Shown here: in pieces, positions 25,581-38,451 of the stretch
Layout of the letters: the number at the start of each line of letters is the position of its first letter
Numbering within the stretch: the stretch's first letter is position 1
Origin: Felis catus
Lineage: Eukaryota
Assembly (NCBI RefSeq): GCF_018350175.1
Contig: NC_058368.1
Location: 180,918,001 to 180,982,000, forward strand
Reading direction: 5' to 3'
DNA length: 64,000 nucleotides
Notes under the pieces: generated by a model
Told to the model about the DNA's origin: nothing
Seen by the model: only the letters and a program-made list of their open reading frames with translations
Database searches by the model: none
Position numbers and translations under genes: made by a program

Positions 25581-28104
25581 CTGTGACCTCAGAATTAGCC
25601 TTGGTTATTATGCATTTTCAAAAGGTTATCAATTAAAAGGCACAAAACTTACACTGACTGGTTCACAGATGCCTGAGCCCCATCTCAAAGTGGTCCCGGA
25701 GCAATCAGATCATTACTGACAATCTGTGTGCAAAACGCCGTACTCATCACTATCATTTGCCTCCAATAAATGTGTTCACAGTAGTTGCCCCAAGACAGAG
25801 GTCAATAAAAACTAACGAGGATATAAAAACAGAGTATTAAGAGGGGATTTATTTTTTAAGGGAATTCCAACATTTTAAAAATCAACTGAACCCTTTTCTG
25901 TTGATTAAACTGTAAACTAAACATATTTCAGAATCTTGATATCCAGAAGAAAGTTGCTCTACTCAAGATGGAGAAAAAAAAAGTGGCCTGAAGTCCCATC
26001 CTCCAGAAACCTCTGTCCACTTATTTACATGCCCCCATCCCCCTCACACTACTAGGAACAGAGGTTGACAGACTGTCATCTAATAGAAAACTAGCATCTT
26101 AATGCAAAAGGAGAAGGAGGACCAAAGACATTAAGTTACTTCCTCAATTTCATGTCACCTAGTACAGCTTTGCTGGAATGCAGAGGCCTGACTACCTTTC
26201 AAATGCTCCCTCATCCCCACACAAGGCTAAAGATAAAACCAGTGGAACTCACGGCCAGTTTCTATTTCACCATCCAACATGTTGGTTTCATCTCAGTTTA
26301 GTATTTTGCTTTAATAATGTACATACAGGACCAACACTTCATGATTTTTTTTTTCTCCAGAAAGAGATTACTTAAAATTTTAAGTTTTTCAATAAATTAG
26401 GTTCCACAAATCTTGCTAAGCCATTTTACTATCTGAGGGTTTTGCTACAAGTTTCTAAATCTTTCAAATGAGAAAAAAAGTTCTTTAAACTTTATAATTT
26501 ATAAAGGCTACATAGGTTATTAATATCTTCGAAAAATACGGAATTTTGCCCATGTATCTCTTCTCTAACGATATAGTTAGTAAATATGTCTTCCTTCTAT
26601 ATAAACAATCTCAAGAGGTCTTGAGCATGCAGTTGTTTTTAAGTAATAATCACTTCTTGCTTATAAAAACAAGAGCTACCAAAATGATACATCTTCAAAA
26701 TAAATAGGGGCTACCACATTTCACTGCTAAAAAATACCCACATGCATTGTGACTATATCCGATGAACAGCTGGACTGCACAGACATTGAGATCCTTTCTC
26801 AGAGTTTCAAAGAACTTTTGCTTTCTGTCAAACCACCTGAACAAAAAATGCAGTATGTTGCATCATATGCTGAAGCTATTTTTCTAGTTGAAACATGAAT
26901 TATGAGTCCTTCTGAAACACATCAGCCAAATCAAGTTGTAACATGGCTGGGCTTTATTCGCTGCACAGATCACCACAGCTAATTGGTTTCTAATGTAAGT
27001 CATGCTTTTGCTTCATTAGCTTAACATTTCTCTTATTTTTCCTTCCATGGTACATACTAAAATAACCAGTGTTAAGTTGAACATTTCCCCTCAAATGAGG
27101 TATACTTCATCTGAATGTTAACTCTGACTTTGCTGAGTCATTTGTACTTTTATAACGTGTGGGGTTCGAATGCTAGTTTTAGGACACGGGCTTTTCTTGG
27201 TCTCCGTAAATAATATGGAGGTACTCTTGGTGATCTTTAAAATCTGTTTTTGTTTTTTTCCTCCTGTGGAAGCTCAAACTCAATTACTAATGATGAATAT
27301 CCCTAAATATGTACTGCTGAGACTACCTAAGAGGCCTACGTGTGTCTTGTTGGCAGAATTGACAAACTCTCATTGCTTCCAGAATAACACAAGGAACTGC
27401 CTGGGGCACCTACTTCCTGTTTCCATAAGGCAGAACACTTGTTTAACGCTATCTTCAAATTGGTGGTTTAAGAAGTTAAAGTGGCAGAAAAGATTCAGAA
27501 ACTATATAAGCCTCATCTGAGTAACTTAAGTGAAGCAAAAGAAAAGCACTCATTGTATTCTTTGAGGTTATAGTTAAGCTATTTAGGGATAGGACTTGCA
27601 ACATTTTGCTTGTATACAGAAACTGATTCAGAAAGTTGGTTTATTCTACAACATTCCAAGTATGTGCATGGGCAAGAAGGCAACAACGATTCTGGTACAG
27701 AGTCCAAACATGGAGAACAGGGATGGGGTAGAATGTGGGCCCTGTTCCCTGTGTCAGGACCTCTCCAGAATGAGATGTCCTATATAAACTTTCCTGGTAT
27801 CCTTTATGATGATGTGGCTTTATTGTCCTTTTCCAGACTCAGTCACCTGTGAAGGTAAGGTTTCCCTAGTGCTTTAGCTACACCATACATCAAAGGCAAA
27901 ATCAAAATAGATTATTTACCCTAATGTAGATTCAAAGGGTTTTAATGGGTCTTACATGGTCATTTAATCCAAACCCCTCATAATACAGGTAAGGAGAAAC
28001 ATGAAGGAGAATATGTATTTTCCTCATGTCATTAGGACTATATCATAGGCCCTGTGACATTAGGACTACGGATCTGGGAAGATAACCTTGGCACATCAAT
28101 TCCT

Positions 28105-28316
28105 GTTTTTTTTAAAAGTTTATTTACTTATTTTGAGAGAGAGCACGCGAGAGCAAGTAAGCAGGGGAGGAGCAGAGGGGGGGAGAGCGAAAATCCAAAC
28201 AGGCTCTACGCTGTCAGTGCAGAGTCTGACTTAGGACGCTATCTCATGACTGTGAGATCATGACCTAAGCCGAAGTTACAGTTAAATGCTTAACCAATTG
28301 AGCCACCCATGTGCCT
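28105..28316 (-). mobile_element. Can-SINE
   Basis: TTTATTTACTTATTTTGAGAGA...GAGCCACCCATGTGCC; TSD CATMAATTCCT. Confidence 0.93.
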
Positions 28317-29200
28317 CATAAATTCCTTTTTATATGGATTTATTATTTTCTATTTCTTCTCTTTCTCCTACACCAACCAACCCCCCACTTTCCCACACTT
28401 TGCCATACCTGAAAAAAGATCATGGTCAATGTTTTTTTATTCTGTGATTTCTGTTTCCAAGGAGGAAGTTTGATTCTGGACACTATTCTAAAGAAGGCTC
28501 TGGAGGATTTTCAAATGCCCATTGTGAACAGCACCACAGCTGTGGTAACAGTCATTCCCCCAAAGTGTTCACAGCTGGAAAGCGGCCCCATATTTTGCCA
28601 TGTGAATAAAACCCAACCTCTTGGTCAGACAGAACTGGATTTGAATCTCCTTGCTGTTGTAGGTCTCTAACTTAGCTCCACCATAAATATACCAGGGAGA
28701 ATAATGGCACCTGGCTCACCTAACTCTTGGAGGTTAATGGGCAGTGGCTGGGCGACACTAAAGACTCTGTAGCTAGGCTCTGCTATCATCATCTTTCTAT
28801 CATGGGCTCAGACACATCGTAAGAGAGTTACACATTCTCCTCTTGTGCTTACAAGCCCAGGGCAGAGCCCACTTATGGAGGAATCCCTCTCTGAAAGGCG
28901 TGTCTCCTCAGTGACCTGCAGTATCCTGTCTTGTATCACTTCATTGTGAGGAGGGTTGATATGACACACCCGATGGAGGCACCATGAACATGCAATTTTC
29001 TGCTTAAAACCACAAGGAAAACAGGACTTCAGATAACAGGGAATTGCGATTCAAATCCTGTTGAGCTACAGGGAATCAGTTATGGTCTGTCTCTGCCTGG
29101 GGATGCAGGCTCATCGATCCACACTCATCACCACTGGCCTGGGAAGGGCAGCTGGCCCTGACTCTCCTATTAATTAGACAGGTGGGGAATTTCCCAAGAT

Positions 29201-29586
29201 CAGCATTTCCCAAGTGTTAGTCATTTTCCTATTGCCTCCCAGGCTTGTGCACTATCCAGTCCTTCCCTGCAACCACTGCAGCCACCATTCCATTTGATCC
29301 TCGGCTCTTTAGTTCACTTAATAAGTCAATCTGAAGAAAGATACTGTTTCCAACTTTACCTCATCCTAGCTAATAATATCTACGAAATTGCAGCTTAGAA
29401 GTGCTAACTATATATAACCACAATTGTGTGTGGTTATACACACACACAATTTCTAATATGTATTACACTAAACAGATTACTATCAAAGTTAGGTATTCAA
29501 CAAGGTGCCCCTTACGGATGTCTTGTGTACGTGTCCTATACTCATTGGTACTCACATGATACTCGAACATGTGTTTGGAAATACTG
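29201..29586. mobile_element. MER112/MER113-like hAT-Charlie element
   Basis: TIR-like ends CAGCATTTCCCAA / TTTGGAAATACTG. Confidence 0.55.
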
Positions 29587-31669
29587 TCCTAAATGAAATG
29601 TTATTCTTTTTGTTTTGAACCAGCAGAGTCTCTACTTTGTGCCCTTTTCTCTTCAGAATGCAGTGCCTCAGAGTGAAATGTCACCAGGAAAAGAAATGCT
29701 CTAAAAATGAAGTTTGATTATGTCCTATAGCCCAGACAGAAAACTCAGAGAAGAGCCCACATGCTACTTTTCATCCTGGGAACTGATGCCTGAATGTGTT
29801 AAAATGCTATTTATTTTCCGACAGGCTACTTGGGCCTGGCACCATGTAAACCCAAAGTGTTTGTAGAGGCTCCCCTGGGGACAAAGGGAAAATCATCTGT
29901 ATAGATCAAATGTGTATTAGCTGCATTAGCAATTGGTCCCTGGAGACTTGATAAAGACCTTTTTATACAGATTTCACTGCACAGTTTTCTAAGAGCTTTC
30001 ACTGAACTAGCCTTGGGTATCATGGGTCCAGGAATTCCTTCACTTCGTCCTACCCATCAGAAGAGAGAGATGGAAAATGAGAAGCCAGAGTGAGAAGTGC
30101 TACCTTCATTGTAGGCGAAACTCACTACCGCAGCCATGCTCCCTTCCCCCATCAATATTTCATGTTCTCACAGTCCTGCGAAAATTTATCTGTTGCCTTC
30201 TTGCATTGTAATGTGTAGGATGGTGGAAATATTACAGCACTGGTTCATGAATTTAAAAATTCGTCACCTTCTCAATTTAGAAAGCGGATATGTGGTTAGA
30301 ACTTATGAAGGCTCTACAGGCTTGAAATGACCAAAGGGGCCAGAGCCCTGTTCCTGAGAAATCTGTGCCGTGAGGGCATGCAGTCAGAGGGTGGGGGTTG
30401 GCTGGAAATCCTGTTGCTGGGGCCTCAATTCTCTGGCTTATTGTCAACCCATGATTTGTCTTGTACCATGGCACTGTTTGAAGAAGAGAGAGGGAAAATA
30501 ATGCCCCAGTTGTAGGCTCAGTAGCAAAATCCAGGTTTTGAACAGACACAGAATCTCCCTGCTCTTTCAATACCCTCTCCACCACAGCACAGAGGTTCCC
30601 TGGGCTCTGCTTAGTTTTGTATGGTGTGTCCAACTGTTAAGCTCTCTGGTAAAGCAACTCTCAGAACCCTGGGCAATTATATAATGTTCCTCCAGTCTCC
30701 GAAAGGCTTCCCAGTCATTAAACTGGGTTGGTTTAACTCCTTTCCTTTCACTACAAGACACATTTCAGAGACATATACTGTCTTACAACTTCATCCCCAC
30801 TCCCACTAATAGGGATGCTCACCATATTCTCCAGGACAGAAGTGCTTAGCCCCTGCTCAAGAACAAGTGGGAGCCAGTGACCCTAGCAAAGGTGGCAAGG
30901 AGGCATAGACACTTCTCAGTGCAGATGTAAACCTTTATGTTTCCAATAGCTGGTTTACATAAACATGAAGGAGAGTTTAACTTGAAGCAGAATGGTTAGG
31001 GAAGAAATGAGTGTCAACTTCATCATCTCCTGCCCTGTGGCCTACCTTTTCTGCAGTGTTAAGTCTTGGAGACACCATCACCAGTCTTTGTGCCCACCTA
31101 GACACCTCAGAGTGACCCATAAACAAGTGACTGCTGCTTCTCTGTCCCCCTCTTGCCACTGCCCTTCTCCTTTTCCTGGACAGTTAGTCACACTACTGAC
31201 CATCAGAGATAGGCATTGCTCACCAAGATGGTTTTCCTTGACCTGTAAGTATGAGTCACAGATGGCCTCAGACAAGCTTGATGCAAAGGCATCGGGGAGT
31301 TAATGTGTGCTCCAACCAACTGTCCAGGGGTTGTCATTCCCACAGACGTAGTCAGACACTTAGGGGGATACACTCGGGTTGCTGCTTGAAGAAGGTAATG
31401 CTTTCTAAGGAATCCTAGAGCATTAGATCTGATACAGAAGCATTATGTTTCCATGAGTAAGATTCACCAATAAATAAAAATAAAAATCTTTATTCCTCTC
31501 ATTTTGAGTCAACAAATGAAGCGTCCAGAATTCTGATCCCTGAGAGCTCTATATGAGGGCCTCAGCCAGGGTAGTGCCCACTCTCAGCAGGTAGGCTGTT
31601 TTCAAGGGGAGGTCTACAGGGCAAATCTGTGCTGCTATTACTTCAACAGGGACGGAAGTAATTCTGGAG

Positions 31670-32250
31670 TCCAGAGTGATTTTTCTAATGCAGAAATCTG
31701 AACGTCACTCCTACTTAAAAATTCTCCACTGGATCCATCACTTATATCACAAAGCCTTCATTCTGTTCTAGTATCCTCAGCTCTTTGCCCACCACCTGCC
31801 TTTTGCATTATGCTGCAGGAATACTGTATTTCCTAGAAGACCTTACCTTATGGCACACCTCAGGCCTTTATATCTGAGAGTGTCTCTATTTAGCAAGGGT
31901 TTTCTTTCATTCCTATACTTCTTCAAAATAGTAAATAATTCCTACACTTCTTTCAAAACCAACTCAAACACCACCTTTCAGGGGATTTTCATGTCCTTTG
32001 TGCTCCAGGTATCACAGTCTAATCTTTAAATGACTTGTTCCTTCTAAAGCACTTGGAACAATGGCTAGTACATAGTAGCTGCTCAATAATTTTTAAAAGC
32101 TATTAGTATTGCCTCACCATCATATTAACCATCATATATTTATAGTATTTGCTCACCTGTCCCCAGTAGCCATGAAGGTCAATGACTCTGTTGTTCCACT
32201 AATATCAAACCAATGTTTGGCACATAAAAGGTCTCAGATAGGATATGCTG
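31670..32250 (+). mobile_element. L2 fragments
   Basis: CCAGAGTGATTTTTCTAA..AAATCTGAAC.TCACTCC...TACATAGTAGCTGCTCAATAA. Confidence 0.7.
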
Positions 32251-33697
32251 AACTAAAATAGGACTAAAGTAGTTTGACTGTCTGGGAATTCTACAAGGTG
32301 CTTAGTTCCTTATTGTAGTTACCCTTCATGCAAAAATTTGGAGTCAGGCTTTTCTCAAGTCTCTTCATAGTAGAGTAAGTCATATGCTTTCTTTCGATTC
32401 TGCTTGGACACTACTCTCTGGTTCCATTACATACCAGGCCAATAACCAGAAGCCACACATCTTTGGAGGAAAAGTAGCAGATGCCAGACAAGAGCTTGCT
32501 CTCCCCTATTACTCTAATCAAGCTATGTGGTAGAGTGCCTTTCTCTAATCTGATTTGAGAAGGGCCTTAATAGCACCGTAGAAGTTAAGAATGAAGCTAG
32601 TTCTTCAAGCAGCCCCTCACTTTAGTGGCAGTTTTTTCTCATCTATTGTGACAAGTGAGGCCCCTCATTGGGGCCAATTGTTGCACTTGGATGCAAGCAT
32701 GAAGTTGGAGGCATTTTTTTTTTCTTTTAAAGGCACAAGTCAGCCCTTCCTGATTTAATTAGAGGGTTTTGTTTTGTTTTGTTTTGCCTATCTCTTGACC
32801 TTCCACTTGATTATGCAGCGAAGTATTCCTGGAGAGCAATAATCCTGTAAGCCTGACATAAACCCTCACAGCTATGAAAATGACAAAGCTGTCAAAATCT
32901 CAGCCTTACAACTTCAGACGGGGGTCAGCTCCGAAATGTAATTGTCGAGAAACTCAAGGGCCAGTTTCCGTTAAGAGATTTACAAAAAAAAAAAAAAAAA
33001 AAAAAAAGAGTCAAGGAAATAAAAGGTCCCAAACAAAGATGATGGGAGGCTTTAAATTTCAGTCTGTGCAAGAAACTTTTGCCTTTCTGTGCGTGCCATT
33101 AACACAGCGATTTTTAGTAATTTCGGTGGGAGATGCCATCTCCTTGGAGTCAGAGAAAATGAGAAAGTCTTTTTTTCTCCCAGAGTATGCAAACAGAAGC
33201 TTAGAAACATGTTTGCATTTGGATTGGATGATCTAAACCAACAAAGTTCAACCTTTTCACTAGGAGCTGTGAGCTGTTTGACAAGACCTACTTTTTATCA
33301 GGCAGGTTCAAAGTCTACACAATGCAGAGACTTCCTTAATAAGAGGGACTAATAAGATTATTTCCTTAAAGATCTAACTTTGGCACCCTTCCTCCTCCCA
33401 GAGAGTAGAGTAGATTCATTCTCTAAATTGCTTACCTTCAAAAGAAAAGCTCTGTTGACTGGAACACGGCCCCAGCATGGCACACCAAGTCGCTATTAGT
33501 AGGATTCTCATTTGGATTTGAAGAGGCTATTATTTTTGTCTCGTGCTCTTTTTTTTCTGCACTTCTTTTCTGTCATCAAAAAATTAACTTCCCAAACTAA
33601 GCACAAAGATTTTATTTCAATGGGATGAGTCAGAATCACCGATTGTCCACCTGTCACTCCAAATATCTTGCCTTTCCTCAGGGACATAAATAGCCAG

Positions 33698-33699
<2 letters not shown>

Positions 33700-33729
<30 letters not shown>
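33700..33729. repeat. (CA)n microsatellite
   Basis: Directly visible. Confidence 0.97.
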
Positions 33730-33731
<2 letters not shown>

Positions 33732-34335
33732 AGTAAACGTAGGCACATTTCTGGGCAAGCAGACTTTAATGTAAGGAGAGAGAAATGGGCATATCTGTAT
33801 TAAATATATAGAGAGAATAAAGCAAAGTGCTCTATTCAAAAAAATTTTTCCCAAGCTTGCATTTTGACCCATTTGGGATCACAACACAAAATCTTCTGTT
33901 GAATAGGGAGGTTTGAGAAAGAAAGATCATGTGATCATCAAATTGAATTCTAACTTCCTGCCTCTTGCCTTCCTGTATCACAGCTTATGTGATCTGCTGA
34001 AATAATGAGCCATTTTCACTCTCCCATCCATGGGTGGGATGATGTATAGCCACTTAAAACTGGCTGTGTTTAAAGAAAAGTGATTTGAAAATGGGGACCA
34101 TTTAAACAGGTCACTGTATTTCTCAAAGGTGAAACAGTGATCAGTGTATGACATTTAATGATCTAAAAGAGCCATACAGAAGAATTTTCTCCTAATCAAA
34201 CTGGAATCAACTCTCTTCTCAGGAGAAAAGAATTGAGGCCATCTGTGGATCTTAGTCCTTTCTGGCCTCTGATGACTGAATCTGTACCATGTATAGCTCT
34301 CTCTGTATCTTAACGCCTGAGTTCCTGGAGGATAC

Positions 34336-34516
34336 CACATTTCACTCACTCTATGAAGTACATTTCCTTACTCATTTTAACATTTATGAAATCAGAATTC
34401 TTCTTGCAACTGATGGCATGTTCTAGTTTAATTGGCAAAGGTTTTTCTTTTCTTATTCATACATAATAGTGAGTTATTTTGCAAGTGAGTGCATTTTAGA
34501 ATTGATGAAATATTGT
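34336..34516. mobile_element. MER104-like Tc2 MITE
   Basis: CATTTTAACATTTATGAAATC...GATGGC...TTAGAATTGATGAAATA. Confidence 0.6.
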
Positions 34517-34661
34517 CATAGATACTTAATAAATATTGTTTGGATAAATGACTGAATAAATGGGGCACCTCCTCCATGGTCTCTCAATACTTACTTAAGG
34601 TAAAAAATATATTTAACAACAAAGAACACCTCAAACTTTTGCATCATTGACTGAGATATAA

Positions 34662-34837
34662 ATTTTTCTTAAAGTTTATTTATTGAGAGAGAAAGTGAGT
34701 GGAGGAGGGGCAGAGGATCTGAAGCAGGCTCTACGCTGACAGCAGAGAGCTTGAGTCGGGGCTCAAACTCGTGAACCGTGAGATCAGGACCTGAGCTGAG
34801 GTTGGATGCTTAACTGACTGAGCCATCTAGGCACCCC
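34662..34837 (-). mobile_element. Can-SINE
   Basis: Reverse SINE body ending GAGCCATCTAGGCACCCC; TSD ACTGAGATATAA (34650-34661 / 34839-34850). Confidence 0.94.
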
Positions 34838-34872
34838 AACTGAGATATAATTTTTTAAAAAAATGTTACATA

Positions 34873-35098
34873 GGGGGCACTGGGGTGGCTCAGTTGGTTG
34901 AGCGTCCAACTCTTGGTTTTGGCTCAGGTCATGGTTTTATGGTTTTGTGGGTTCCAGCCCCAGATCCGGTTCTGTGTTCACAATGCAGAGTCTGCTTGGG
35001 ATTCTCTCTCTCCCTTTCTCTCTGCCCCTCCCCTACTTGTGCTGTCTCTCTCTCGCTCTCTCTCTCAAAATAAGTAAATAAACTTAAAAATAAATAAA
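34873..35098 (+). mobile_element. Can-SINE
   Basis: GGGGGCACTGGGGTGGCTCAGTTGG head, CT tract, AAATAAAT tail. Confidence 0.94.
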
Positions 35099-35543
35099 CT
35101 CTTACAGAGACATGTTAAAAATCAAACCAAACAACACAAAGCAACAAAATCTAAAAGGCAGGAGGAAAAAAAAGACAACAAAACTAAGTGTTTTTTCTCC
35201 CTGATAATAAATGTGACAATAAAAAGAAGGGAATGAACATAAGCTATGCCAGCCACTTTCTGTTTCTTTCCCAAGTTCCATGTAGCAGCGGTTCCTCATA
35301 GACAAGGAAACTGAAACTTCCAGAGGCTAAGACACTTGCTCAAGGTCCAACATGTAGTGAATAAAAAGCCACATGTGAACCCAGACATGGCCAACTCTGG
35401 TTTGGCACTTCAGCCTGCTGACCCCCAAGAACAGTTCTTCTGACTCATGATTGTTCAGTGTTCATTTAATAAGGTGAATTTGGCCATACTGGAAACTAGT
35501 GTTCAGAATAGTAGTGTTTGTGTTGTTTTAATATACTCTAGGA

Positions 35544-35726
35544 CAGTGGTTTCCAAGCCACTGCACATGGAAATCCCTAGGGATCTTTACCAAACTAGAG
35601 ATCCCTGGATCCTTTTTCCCTTTTTCCTGGCCATTCTGATTTCGCTAGTATGGGGTGTGACCTGGGCATTAGAATTTTAAAAGCTCTCCAGGTGATTCTA
35701 ATGCACGGAAAGCTTGGGAACCACTG
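35544..35726. mobile_element. MER5A-family hAT-Charlie MITE
   Basis: TIRs CAGTGGTTTCCAAGC / GCTTGGGAACCACTG; perfect 8-bp TSD CTCTAGGA on both sides. Confidence 0.92.
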
Positions 35727-36059
35727 CTCTAGGAGGTTTTCATGCTGCCCTAGGGAAGAGAGACAGACAATGCATTCCTGGTGGGAAACTGCATGAGCAA
35801 TCATATACAGAGCCTATTCACCAACTTGTTATTATTCTGCCTTTCTTAAGTCACACATGTCATATTTTAAGAGCCTCTGTCTCTTTTTTAAAAACTACAT
35901 TTATTAAATCACCTTTAGTTCATTTTCCCATGGACTTGCTAATGACTTGCCATTAAATCAAAATAAAAGGAATTTGGTGTTTTATTTATTGTGTGTAGTC
36001 TTTTCATAAGTTAATACAGACTTTCATCCTTTTATTTACTACTGAAAAGAGCTTGATCA

Positions 36060-37075
36060 ATGTCCAACTTTCTCTGAGGACCAACACTCCTTGGTCTTGG
36101 TTTATGTAGTGGGCCAGCTGTATAGTCCTACCCCTAGGCCTCCCATGTCTGCAGATTTCCTCTCCATGACACAGCAGTTGGTTCAGGGCTGGACCCAAGT
36201 CCACCCTGGAGGCAAGGACTATTATTAGAAAAGTTGGAGAACTGTGTCCTAAAGAATTAACTTTACCCAAAGAGAACTCTGACCTTTGCCCTTGGCTCCT
36301 GAGGGGTAGGTAATCTCTAAGTCCTGGGGATGTCCTGCCTCCTTAGTGTCTTTGCCTGGGGGCCTTGGGCTATACTGGATAGTCTAACAATGTGATTTAT
36401 GGTGGGGGCTTTGAACCATGTGGATTAGGTTGACCTCTGGAGGGACTAGAAACTAAAGCTAAGCCACATGGATGGTCAGCTATGTCTCTGTGACTGAGCT
36501 CCAATAAAAATCTCTGGACACCAGGGTTTGTTTCCCTGGCTGGCAATATGCAGTGCATATTGTCACACAGTGTTACTAGGAAAAGTTAGTTCTGTCCATG
36601 ATTGTACTGTAGGAGTATGACAGGAAGCTCTGCTTTTTGAATTTTTCTGGACTCTGTTCCACTGATCTCTTCTGGTGACTTGAGTGTGTATCCTTTCATT
36701 GTAAGAAACCATAGCTATCATTATAAGAGCTTTCAGTGAGTTCTGTGAGTCCTTCTGGCAAATTATTAAAACCAAAGGTGATCTTGGGTCCCCTGAACTT
36801 GGCAATGGGTGTCAGCAGTGAGGGCGGTGTTATGGACTTCTCTGACTCTGCAAGAGTGAATCTTCTTTTCCATGGGAAATTGATCTTCAGAGGATGCAAG
36901 CTGGAGTTGCCAGAGGGCTATCAGAAAAGGCCAAACAGGGAAAAGAAGGGTCCCATGATATGGTCTGAGCCCCTGAAATCTAACTTGCCTGGATTACCCC
37001 TTAATTTCAGTTCTATGAACAAAATACTTCTTTTTTTTCTTAAACTCAGTCTTGGTGGAGAGGCTTACATGTGTA
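36060..37075 (+). mobile_element. MLT1-like MaLR LTR remnant interrupted by the MER77-like LTR
   Basis: 5' part TTGGTTCAGGGCTGGAC; 3' part TGAGCCCCTG...TTTCAGTTCTATGAACAAAATACTTCTTTTTTTTCTTAAAC resembles an MLT1 3' end. Confidence 0.55.
36244..36845 (+). mobile_element. MER77/MER21-like ERV solo LTR
   Basis: CCCAAAGAG..CTGACCTTTGCCCTTGGCTCCTG, AACAATGTGATTTATGGTGGGGG, CCAATAAAA, GTGAGTTCTGTGAGTCCTTCTGGCAAATTATT. Confidence 0.8.
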
Positions 37076-37118
37076 ATTTACTACACTACTTCATTGGGTT
37101 CTCATTGGGTACTTCATT

Positions 37119-37345
37119 GGGCACCTGGTGGCTCAGTCGGTTGAGCACCTGACTCTTGATTTCGGCTCAGGTCATGATCTCATGGTTCGTGAGATCGAAG
37201 CCTATGTGGGGCTCTATGCTGATAGTGCAGAACCTACTTGGGATTCTCTGTCTCCCTCTCTGTCACTCTCCCACTCCTGCATTCTCTCCCTCCCTCCCTC
37301 TCCCTGCCCTCTCAAAACAAATAAATAAACATTAAAAAATAAATA
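37119..37345 (+). mobile_element. Can-SINE
   Basis: GGGCACCTGGTGGCTCAGTCGGTTGAGC head, CT tract, AATAAA tail. Confidence 0.93.
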
Positions 37346-37957
37346 GCATGATACATGAAAGAGCTTAGTATAATAACTGAAAAAGTCAGGAGCTTGATAA
37401 ATGCTAGCTCACTCATTATTATTATTACTGTCATTTTGATTTTTAGTATTTTCCTATTGAAAAACAATCTTAGAAGCTTAATGAGCCAAAAGTTAGATGA
37501 TGATGTGCTGGCTGTGCTGACTCCAGGTGAGTGGGTCCTACCTGTACTTCCAGTCCTCCCACAGCCTGAACTGGCATCCTCCTGCTCACTCAACTGCCTG
37601 CACCTGCCACTATTAATGCCAGAGTTTCAGATACATCTGGGAGCACACTTAGGACTGTCTGTGATAAAATATGCATATTTCCTGAAACCCAAAGTATTCT
37701 CACTGAATGTAATAAGTGGAAAGTTATTTTACAGGAAATGAAAATCTAAGATTAATACTCTCTGATGCCATCTAGTCCCCTCAGGACAATTATTCATTGT
37801 ACTACAGCAAAATAAACTTGCAAAATGTGGGAATTGGTTTTCTCCTTGGGTTTCTAGGGTAAGTGAACCCCTGAAACTACTCAGATCAGTTCCTGGATGC
37901 TATACCCACCACCTCACCTCACTAAAGAGTAATCAGGTTTTTCAAAACACAAGACTT

Positions 37958-38172
37958 GGGGTGCCTGGGTGGCGCAGTCGGTTAAGCGTCCGACTTCAGC
38001 CAGGTCACGATCTCGCGGTCCGTGAGTTTGAGCCCCGCGTCAGGCTCTGGGCTGATGGCTTGGAGCCTGGAGCCTGTTTCCGATTCTGTGTCTCCCTCTC
38101 TCTCTGCCCCTCCCCCGTTCATGCTCTGTCTCTCTCTGTCCCAAAAATAAATAAACGTTGAAAAAAAAAAAC
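37958..38172 (+). mobile_element. Young felid Can-SINE (SINEC_Fc), full length
   Basis: Nearly identical to the 3612 copy; perfect TSD AACACAAGACTT (37946-37957 / 38173-38184). Confidence 0.97.
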
Positions 38173-38451
38173 AACACAAGACTTAAAGCATATTCATGGC
38201 TACCTCCCTAGAGTTGAACAAAGGTATAGGAGAAGACACAGTTTTAAAAGAAATCTGTCAGTAAATAGTCATTGATTGCTACTTATTAGCATTGTAGAAG
38301 GTAAGTTAAATCATCACTGACCTCAAGAAACTTCTCATATTCATCAATTCCCTCCACTGGTCAACAAATAGCTACTAAACTTGACTCTGTGCCAAGTACT
38401 TAGCTAGATACTGGAAAACAAAATGCCCTTACAGATTTACAGTTTTAAGGA

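Noticed and set aside
36736..37152. 138-aa ORF
   Set aside because: It runs across LTR, MLT1 and SINE junctions, so it is most likely a chance frame
37355..37741. 128-aa ORF with a transmembrane-like hydrophobic stretch
   Set aside because: The hydrophobicity comes from AT-rich low-complexity sequence next to a SINE tail; no domain or splice support
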